A stretch of 64,000 nucleotides of DNA from Hyphomicrobiales bacterium (lineage in GTDB: Bacteria > Pseudomonadota > Alphaproteobacteria > Rhizobiales > Beijerinckiaceae), in contig CANGIS010000002.1 of the NCBI GenBank assembly GCA_947454055.1, positions 44,036 through 108,035 of the forward strand, written 5' to 3'. A program made the translations under genes and the position numbers. Below are positions 57,316 through 64,000 of the stretch, piece after piece. Numbering within the stretch: position 1 is the first letter of the stretch; each line of letters starts with the position of its first letter. The notes beneath the pieces were generated by a model. It was given only the letters and a program-made list of their open reading frames with translations. It was not told where the DNA came from and did no database searches.

Positions 57316-57473
57316 CCATCCATCCTCCGGACGCTGCCCTGATTCGCTGCGCCATATCAAAATTTACGATAGCCAATATCACGATAGAACGTGGCGAAGA
57401 TACGGTCGAGACAGGTTCGACTCGCGCAATGACCGTCAACCATGGTATGCGGCGGCGATCGTCAGGAAAAGCC

Positions 57474-58355
57474 ATGACCAGCGCTCTAACACATCATCCC
57501 TTCATCAAGATGAACGGGGCCGGCAACGAAATCACGATTCTCGACCTGCGCGGCACCGGTTTGGCCGTGCGGCCCGAAGAAGCGCGCGCAATCGCCGCCC
57601 ATCCCTCGACGACCTTCGATCAGCTCATGGTGCTGTTTGACCCCCGCACGCCCGGCACCGACGCCTATATGCGGATTTTCAATACCGATGGCAGTGAATC
57701 CTCCGCCTGCGGCAATGGTACGCGCTGTGTGAGCTGGTATCTTCTTGATGGCGGGGAGCGCGATGCGCTGAACCTTGAAACAGCAGCGGGCCTGCTCGAA
57801 AGCCGTCGCGAAGGGCCGCTTTCCTTCACGATCGATATGGGCCGCCCCCGCTTCGGCTGGCAGGACATTCCCTTGTCGCGTCCGCAGACCGACACAAAGG
57901 CGATTGATTTCAGCTTTACGACGTCGAACGGCAAGACACTGAGCCATCCCGCCTGCGTGAACATGGGCAATCCGCACGCCATTTTTTGGGTCGAGGATGT
58001 CGAAGCCTATGCCCTCGACATTAATGGTCCGATCCTTGAACATGACCCGATCTTTCCCGAACGGGCCAATATTTCGCTGGTACAGATCGTGAGCCGCGAT
58101 CACATCATCCAGAAAGTCTGGGAGCGCGGCGCGGGACTGACATTGGCGTGCGGTTCGGGAGCGTGTGCGGCAGCCGTTGCCGCCGCGCGAAACGGCCTGA
58201 CCGGTCGTAAAGTCCGCGTCAGCCTGCCGGGGGGCGATTTGCTGATCGATTGGCGCGAAGCCGACGACCATGTGCGGATGACAGGCCCCGTCGCCCTTGA
58301 ACATCGCGGCACGCTCGATGCGGGCCTGTTTCAGGATCTGCCTGATGGGCGTTGA
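57474..58355 (+). CDS. dapF: diaminopimelate epimerase
   Basis: ORF 57429..58355 trimmed to ATG 57474, which is preceded by aggaaa. FIKMNGAGNEITILD is present, together with NTDGSESSACGNGTRC (first catalytic Cys) and ERGAGLTLACGSGACAAA (second catalytic Cys). Confidence 0.92.
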   Translation: MTSALTHHPFIKMNGAGNEITILDLRGTGLAVRPEEARAIAAHPSTTFDQLMVLFDPRTPGTDAYMRIFNTDGSESSACGNGTRCVSWYLLDGGERDALNLETAAGLLESRREGPLSFTIDMGRPRFGWQDIPLSRPQTDTKAIDFSFTTSNGKTLSHPACVNMGNPHAIFWVEDVEAYALDINGPILEHDPIFPERANISLVQIVSRDHIIQKVWERGAGLTLACGSGACAAAVAAARNGLTGRKVRVSLPGGDLLIDWREADDHVRMTGPVALEHRGTLDAGLFQDLPDGR

Positions 58356-59598
58356 GCTCGTCACCTTCGGTTGCCGCCTCAACGGGGTTGAATCGGAAGC
58401 CATGAAGCGGGCAGCCCTGGCGTCAGGGCACAATGATCTGGTGATCGTGAATACCTGTGCGGTAACCGGCGAGGCGGTGCGCCAAGCACGCCAAGCCATT
58501 CGGCGGCTCAAACGGGAGCGACCCGATGCGCGCATCGTCGTGACCGGATGCGCCGCGCAGATCGAACCCGAACACTTCGCCGAGATGCCGGAAGTCTCGA
58601 GCGTGATCGGCAATGAAGCCAAAACGAAAGCCGAGACATGGGCCGCTTTGGCTGATCCGTCGCACGGGTTTGAGCGCGTCAACGTCTCCGACATCATGGC
58701 CGTTCGGGAGTTGGCCCCTCACCTTGTCGAGGCGTTCGAAGGACATACCCGCGCCTTTGTCGAAATCCAGAATGGCTGCGACCATCGCTGCACCTTCTGT
58801 ATCATCCCCTATGGCCGCGGAAATTCACGCTCCGTACCGATGGGTGCCGTAACCGATCAGATCGCAATGCTCGTTGATGCCGGACACAAGGAAGCCGTGC
58901 TGACGGGCGTCGATCTCACAAGTTATGGCGCGGACCTGCCGGGCGCACCCAAATTGGGCGCCTTGGTCAAAGCCATTTTACGCCATGTTCCCGGGCTGAA
59001 GCGCCTCAGGCTTTCTTCCATCGACTCGGTTGAAGCCGATGACGACCTGATCGACGCCATCGCAACGGAGCAACGCCTGATGCCGCATCTGCATCTTTCT
59101 CTCCAGTCCGGCGATGATATGATTTTAAAGCGGATGAAGCGGCGACATTCCCGTGCGGATGCGATCCGGTTCTGTGCCGATATGCGCCAAGCCAGACCCG
59201 ACATGGTTTATGGTGCCGACATCATCGCGGGTTTTCCAACCGAGACGGAAGAGATGTTCCGGCAATCGGTCGCGCTGGTGGAAGAGTGCAATCTTGCCTT
59301 CCTGCACGTGTTCCCCTATTCGCCGCGCCCCGGCACGCCCGCCGCCAAAATGCCGCAGGTGAAGGGCGATGTGATCAAGGAGCGGGCCAGACGGTTGCGG
59401 GAAGTCGGCGATCAGTCGAACCGCCAGCATCTTGAACGGCTGATGGGGACCGATCAGGAGGTGCTCGTTGAACGGGGAGGCATTGCCCGAACGCCCTGTT
59501 TTACGCCCGTGCGCGTGGGTGATGGGTTCATTCCCGGACAATTCGTCAACGTACGGATCGCAGGAACGGCGAGCAAGGGCCTACTCGCGATCGGCTGA
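58345..59598 (+). CDS. mtaB: tRNA methylthiotransferase MtaB (radical SAM, MiaB-like)
   Basis: ORF 58297..59598 trimmed to ATG 58345 (MGVELVTFGCRLN...), which overlaps the dapF 3' end. It has a UPF0004 N-domain and the radical-SAM motif IQNGCDHRCTFCIIPYGRG. A TRAM-like C-terminus follows. Confidence 0.88.
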   Translation: MGVELVTFGCRLNGVESEAMKRAALASGHNDLVIVNTCAVTGEAVRQARQAIRRLKRERPDARIVVTGCAAQIEPEHFAEMPEVSSVIGNEAKTKAETWAALADPSHGFERVNVSDIMAVRELAPHLVEAFEGHTRAFVEIQNGCDHRCTFCIIPYGRGNSRSVPMGAVTDQIAMLVDAGHKEAVLTGVDLTSYGADLPGAPKLGALVKAILRHVPGLKRLRLSSIDSVEADDDLIDAIATEQRLMPHLHLSLQSGDDMILKRMKRRHSRADAIRFCADMRQARPDMVYGADIIAGFPTETEEMFRQSVALVEECNLAFLHVFPYSPRPGTPAAKMPQVKGDVIKERARRLREVGDQSNRQHLERLMGTDQEVLVERGGIARTPCFTPVRVGDGFIPGQFVNVRIAGTASKGLLAIG

Positions 59599-59608
59599 GT
59601 CCCGCCGA

Positions 59609-60187
59609 TTAAGGCCTTTGCCAGTAAAAAATCCATTTCGGCTCGTCAAACTGCAGCCAATGGATATAGGTCCCCGGGAGATTGAAAGGGCTGATCCGGA
59701 GATCAATCGGACGGAACGCACCTGCCGTAATATCGCTGTTGAGCAAATTCTTCAGCGATGGGTGAAATCCATTCGTAATCAGGGCTTGCCGAAAAGAATT
59801 CAATCTCGGCAAGAACGTTAAAATATCATCGTTCGACCAGTGCTGCATAACGTCCTTCATAATCAGAAGGTCGGCAGGTGGTAACGGATCGGTTCGTGCG
59901 TCGGCATGAAGGAAACGGATGCCTTCACGGGAAAATTGCTGCGTGTTCGACAACACGACATCCGAAACATCCACACCGGTATAGTCGATGTCACGCCAAT
60001 CGATCAGCTTGGAAAATTGCCAGTCGCCGCATCCGATATCAACGACACTTCTGATCTGATTGGTCCGGATAAAATTATGCAGATATCGCCGGTAATCCAC
60101 CGTATTTTCCGCAAGCGATCCCGTTCCTGATCCGGGACCCCACAGGTTTTGGCTGTAGATCTTATTGAAAATCTCTCGATGATCCAA
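59609..60187 (-). CDS. small class I SAM-dependent methyltransferase (orphan, lower GC)
   Basis: 192 aa. VVDIGCGDWQF is motif I, and DLLIMKDVMQHW is a post-II-like region. Hand counts on three 60-nt lines gave about 45-55% GC, against about 62-63% on two core-gene lines. Confidence 0.7.
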   Translation of the reverse strand: MDHREIFNKIYSQNLWGPGSGTGSLAENTVDYRRYLHNFIRTNQIRSVVDIGCGDWQFSKLIDWRDIDYTGVDVSDVVLSNTQQFSREGIRFLHADARTDPLPPADLLIMKDVMQHWSNDDILTFLPRLNSFRQALITNGFHPSLKNLLNSDITAGAFRPIDLRISPFNLPGTYIHWLQFDEPKWIFYWQRP

Positions 60188-60297
60188 AAGGATACCCCAA
60201 AAATGGTCTCGCGGCGCCTATTTTAAGGGGAACCGAAAGACAATCAAGAAACAAAGCGGGCGCAGCCCCCTGGCCAACAAAAATAGAAGCGGCACGG

Positions 60298-60993
60298 TTA
60301 CTTTGAACCATCCCATCCGCACGCCACCATGCGGGCGATCATATGCTCGGGCGGTGGAGCCTCGACGCGGATCGGCGGCTTGTTCTTATAAAGCGGCACC
60401 GTGATCGAGCGGGCATGAAGATGCAGTCGTTCGCCCGTCACCTTTCCGTCGCCATAGATCGGATCGCCGATAATCGGCCAGCCCATCGACTGGGTATGGA
60501 CGCGCAACTGGTGGGTTCTGCCCGTCTTCGGCATCAGCAGCACGAAGGCCATGCCATCCGCACGCCCCATTACTTTCCAGCCCGTTTGAGACGGAAGGCC
60601 GTCGGGATCAGGCTTCATCCACCAGCCGCGGGACTGGTCAAGGCGGCCGAGCGGCATATCGATGAACCCCTCGTCCTCTTCCGGCCCGCCCCGCACGACG
60701 GCCCAATAGGATTTTTCCATCGTGCCTTCGCGGAACAGTTTGGAGAGATCGTCCAGCGCTTTGCGGTGACGGCCGAGCACAAGGCAACCCGACGTATCCT
60801 TATCGAGCCTGTGGGCCAGCATGGGCGGCTTGGGCAAGCCGAATTGCAGCGCAGGAAAATATTGCTCCAGATGCGCATCGCGACTGACCGCATTCGGATG
60901 CGATTGATGCACAGCGATGCCCGCCGGTTTGTTGATCACCAGCATCAGCGCGTCACGATATAAAATTCGGCCTTGGATTTCTTCGGGTGTCAT
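60298..60993 (-). CDS. RluA-family pseudouridine synthase
   Basis: 231 aa. LVINKPAGIAVH, the catalytic-Asp motif HRLDKDTSGCLVLGR and RTHQLRVH are present. Confidence 0.88.
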   Translation of the reverse strand: MTPEEIQGRILYRDALMLVINKPAGIAVHQSHPNAVSRDAHLEQYFPALQFGLPKPPMLAHRLDKDTSGCLVLGRHRKALDDLSKLFREGTMEKSYWAVVRGGPEEDEGFIDMPLGRLDQSRGWWMKPDPDGLPSQTGWKVMGRADGMAFVLLMPKTGRTHQLRVHTQSMGWPIIGDPIYGDGKVTGERLHLHARSITVPLYKNKPPIRVEAPPPEHMIARMVACGWDGSK

Positions 60994-61045
60994 CTGCAGC
61001 TCTCTAACCCTTCCGTTTATCGCGCGAAAGCATTATCGATTAGAT

Positions 61046-62059
61046 ATGAGTGATGATACGCCCAAAAAATCCGGTCTTCTGTCGCGGCTCTTTGGCACTG
61101 GGGCACCCGCTCCTGCGCCAGAACCGTTAGCAGAAGCGCCAAAACCAAGCTGGTGGCAGAGGCTCAAGCATGGCCTTGCCCGCTCATCCTCCTCGATCGG
61201 CCAGGGCATTACCGATCTTTTTACCAAGCGCAAACTCGATGCAGGCACGCTTGAAGAATTCGAAGATGTGCTCATCCGCGCCGATTTGGGATTGCCCGTT
61301 GCCACCCGCATCGTGGAGGCGGTCGGTAAAGGCCGCTACGGCAAGGAAATCGAAGGCGAGGAAGTGAAAGCCATTCTCGCGGCGGAGGTGACCAGAGCGC
61401 TGATACCCGTTGCTTTGCCGCTGGTCATCGATACCGCCAAAAAGCCGTTCGTCATTCTGATGGTCGGCGTCAATGGCTCGGGCAAAACGACCACCATCGG
61501 CAAACTCGCGGCCAAATTCTCAGCCGAGGGTCGCAAGGTGATGCTGGCGGCCGGCGATACGTTCCGGGCAGCTGCCATTGAGCAATTACAAGTCTGGGGT
61601 CAGCGCACCGGCGCACCCGTGATCACACGCCCGCAAGGCTCGGACGCGTCGGGCCTCGTGTTCGATGCGCTCGACAAAGCCAATGAGGCCGGCAGCGATG
61701 TGCTGCTGATCGATACCGCGGGTCGGTTGCAAAACCGGACGGAATTGATGGTCGAGCTTGAAAAAGTCATTCGCGTCATCAAAAAGAAAGACGAAACCGC
61801 GCCCCACGCAACGCTGTTGGTGCTCGATGCAACCGTCGGGCAGAACGCCCTCTCGCAGGTCGAGATTTTCGGCAAAATGGCAGGCGTGACCGGCCTTGTG
61901 ATGACCAAGCTTGATGGCACAGCCCGCGGCGGTATTCTGGTGGCACTGGCCGAGAAATTCGGATTACCGGTGCATTTCATCGGCATCGGCGAAGCGGTGG
62001 ACGATTTGGAGCCGTTCAACGCGGATGAATTCGGACGGGCGATTGCGGGGTTGGAGTAA
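61046..62059 (+). CDS. ftsY: signal recognition particle receptor FtsY
   Basis: ORF 60917..62059 trimmed to ATG 61046 (MSDDTPKKSGLLSRLFG). VGVNGSGKTTTIGKLA, DTAGRL, TKLDGTARGG and the NG domain are present. Confidence 0.92.
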   Translation: MSDDTPKKSGLLSRLFGTGAPAPAPEPLAEAPKPSWWQRLKHGLARSSSSIGQGITDLFTKRKLDAGTLEEFEDVLIRADLGLPVATRIVEAVGKGRYGKEIEGEEVKAILAAEVTRALIPVALPLVIDTAKKPFVILMVGVNGSGKTTTIGKLAAKFSAEGRKVMLAAGDTFRAAAIEQLQVWGQRTGAPVITRPQGSDASGLVFDALDKANEAGSDVLLIDTAGRLQNRTELMVELEKVIRVIKKKDETAPHATLLVLDATVGQNALSQVEIFGKMAGVTGLVMTKLDGTARGGILVALAEKFGLPVHFIGIGEAVDDLEPFNADEFGRAIAGLE

Positions 62060-62070
62060 ATAGATAGGCC

Positions 62071-62288
62071 CTCATTGCGAGCCCCTTCGATATGAAGAAG
62101 TTAGCATTACCTTCATGGTCATTGCGAGGTGAGGAACGGTTGGCGGCAGCCAACAAAAATGTCTAGTGGACATTTTTGAGCGACGAACGCGAAGCAAACC
62201 AGCTAGATTAAATTTAACAGGCGCAGCGGTTGGGTTATACTTTTTCTTCTACGATCAACTGGGTTGCTTCGCTTATCGCTCGCAATGA
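62071..62288. repeat. mosaic of 'cattgcgag...gcgaagcaa' repeat copies and short palindromes filling the ftsY-rlmN spacer
   Basis: A solo tcattgcgag lies at 62071-62080. The left arm gtcattgcgag (62117-62127) resumes at cgaacgcgaagcaaacc (62183-62199). The right arm at 62261-62288 reverse-complements to gtcattgcgagcgataagcgaagcaacc. Internal hairpins are gttggc-ggca-gccaac (62138-62153) and aaaaatgtc-tagtg-gacattttt (62154-62176). Confidence 0.75.
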
Positions 62289-62312
62289 CGATACGCTCGA
62301 TATGAGGAAAAC

Positions 62313-63581
62313 TTAATCCTCACCACTCCCCAGCGCATAAACGCCTTCAGCCCCGATGCCCTCTTCCAGCATCATGCGGGCACGGGCGCGGAGTTTTTCC
62401 GTCTCGCTCTTCAACTGCCCACAGGCCGCAAAAATATCGCGGCCGCGCGGCGTGCGTACCGGCGAGGCATAGCCGGCGCGGAACACGACATCCGAGAATT
62501 CTTCGATCCGTCCCCAATCCGAGCATTTATATTTGGTGCCGGGCCAAGGATTAAACGGGATCAGATTGATTTTGGCCGGAATACCATTCAGCAGCCGCAC
62601 GAGTTCGCGCGCATCCTTCAGGCTGTCATTGACGCCATCCAGCATGACATATTCGAAAGTGATCCGCCGCGCATTCGATACGCCGGGATAATTCCGGCAG
62701 GCTTCGAGCAGCTCAGCAATCGGATATTTGCGATTGATCGGCACAAGCTCATTGCGCAACTCGTCGCGCACCGCGTGCAGCGAGATTGCCAGCATTGAAC
62801 CGATCTCGTCACCCGCACGCGCAATCATGGGCACGACGCCGGATGTCGAGAGCGTGATCCGGCGGCGCGAAAGCGAGAGCCCCTCGCCATCGGTCACCAC
62901 CGCCATCGCATCGCGGACATGATCGAAATTATAGAGCGGCTCCCCCATGCCCATCAGCACGACATTGGATACCGCACGTTCCGCATCCGGCACCAAACCG
63001 TCGGTCGGACGCTCCGCACCCGGCCAATCGCCCAGCCGATCACGGGCGATCAGCACCTGTGCCACAATCTCGGCCGAGGTCAGGTTCCGCACCAAACGTT
63101 GCGTGCCCGTATGGCAGAAGGTGCAGGTCAGCGTGCAGCCCACTTGTGACGAGATGCACAGCGTACCGCGATCCGATTCGGGGATGTAGACCGTCTCGAT
63201 TTCGGCACCCTTATCGTGGGGGCCAGCCGACGGCATACGGATCAACCATTTGCGCGTGCCATCCACCGATATTTGCTCGGAGACAAGCTTGGGCCGCTCA
63301 AGCGTAAAATGCTCCTCGAGAACCGCGCGCATCTCTTTGGAGACATTGAGCATCACGTCGAACGACGTTGCACCGCGATGATAGATCCAGTGCCAGAGCT
63401 GCCCCGTGCGCATCCGCAATTCGCGCGGCGCTACGCCGATGCCAGCGAGTTTTTCCGCAATCTCGGCGCGGCCAAGGCCAGCAAGCGATGGCTTGATCCC
63501 GGCAGCAAGCGGCGCGGGCACCAGAATGTCGGGTGTCTTCTCGATACCGTCGATCGTAGGCGCCACGCTGCCTGATGTCAC
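62313..63581 (-). CDS. rlmN: 23S rRNA / tRNA adenine-C2 methyltransferase RlmN (radical SAM)
   Basis: 422 aa with a GTG start. [19 protein letters not shown] is the CxxxCxxC motif. [17 protein letters not shown] and the C-terminal catalytic Cys region (IFAACGQL) are also present. Confidence 0.92.
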   Translation of the reverse strand: MTSGSVAPTIDGIEKTPDILVPAPLAAGIKPSLAGLGRAEIAEKLAGIGVAPRELRMRTGQLWHWIYHRGATSFDVMLNVSKEMRAVLEEHFTLERPKLVSEQISVDGTRKWLIRMPSAGPHDKGAEIETVYIPESDRGTLCISSQVGCTLTCTFCHTGTQRLVRNLTSAEIVAQVLIARDRLGDWPGAERPTDGLVPDAERAVSNVVLMGMGEPLYNFDHVRDAMAVVTDGEGLSLSRRRITLSTSGVVPMIARAGDEIGSMLAISLHAVRDELRNELVPINRKYPIAELLEACRNYPGVSNARRITFEYVMLDGVNDSLKDARELVRLLNGIPAKINLIPFNPWPGTKYKCSDWGRIEEFSDVVFRAGYASPVRTPRGRDIFAACGQLKSETEKLRARARMMLEEGIGAEGVYALGSGED

Positions 63582-64000
63582 GGACAGGCCTTCTTGACCT
63601 GATCAAGCGCCTGACCAAAGCCGGCCAGCGCATAATTTTCCGTCAACGCATTGCCGCGCTTGGAGGTCACCTTGAGCGACAACAGAGGATTTTTCTTCAT
63701 CTGTTCGATCACCGCAGCATTGTCCTGCGGGTTCTTCAACCACGCCACCGACGTGCTCGCCTGCATTTTGGGCGCCGCTACGAAGGTCGATTTGCCAACA
63801 ACCAGCTGGGCATCAGAACCATCCTTGGCCGGAAAGCCGAGCACAATGCTCAGCTCATCTCGAACATTTTCCTTCGGGCGTGTGGAGACAAAGAAATAAC
63901 CTGGATCGCGGGTAAGGTTCGCTGGGAGCCGTTCTTTTGGCAGAGCCAGCGCGTAGCAGACGCGACCATTGGCCGTGTCGGATGCATAGACGTTCCAGCT
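63578..64000 (-). CDS. ialB: invasion-associated locus B (IalB) family protein (partial; N-terminus beyond the window end)
   Basis: ORF-track fragment 63578..63844 extends in frame to base 64000 by manual translation (...[61 protein letters not shown]...). Its stop overlaps the rlmN start by 4 nt. Confidence 0.8.
   Translation of the reverse strand, partial: SWNVYASDTANGRVCYALALPKERLPANLTRDPGYFFVSTRPKENVRDELSIVLGFPAKDGSDAQLVVGKSTFVAAPKMQASTSVAWLKNPQDNAAVIEQMKKNPLLSLKVTSKRGNALTENYALAGFGQALDQVKKACP

Overview
This window is mostly core chromosome from an alphaproteobacterium. Gene content and order (sdhCDAB, bolA/J-domain/cobS/cobT/rpmB, dapF-mtaB-ftsY, rlmN-ialB, tandem DUF1476, DUF4167-clpB, lysC-ptsP-prfA-prmC) look Hyphomicrobiales/Rhizobiales-like, but the taxon is inference only. 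I can support about 65 protein genes and two tRNAs (Leu-CAA, Gly-GCC). There is no rRNA, CRISPR array, integrase, transposase or phage gene. Many ORF-track starts were trimmed to internal ATG/GTG codons using family N-termini, Shine-Dalgarno motifs and terminator positions. I did not find a convincing multi-gene novel system. The non-core material is small and scattered: (1) a DUF4160/DUF2442 two-gene cassette wedged between cobS and cobT, with an ATGA overlap onto the cobT start; (2) a HigB/RelE-like toxin plus HTH antitoxin module between cobT and yhhQ, where the toxin is split by one extra A in an A6 run and a perfect 12-4-12 palindrome overlaps a TTGACA box; (3) a roughly 540-bp array of degenerate ~120-bp repeats upstream of a Suv3-like helicase, each unit carrying a conserved hairpin with two GANTC (CcrM) sites; (4) a perfect 36-bp duplication of the tRNA-Gly 3' end, which looks like an att-like scar; (5) a 'gtcattgcgagcgaaNgcgaagcaa' inverted-repeat family (MITE/REP-like) at three loci, one copy split by a palindromic insertion; (6) two lower-GC orphan genes (sulfotransferase-fold, SAM-methyltransferase); (7) diverged tandem DUF1476 (ATPase zeta-inhibitor-like) paralogs. 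All family names come from motif recognition by eye; no searches were run.
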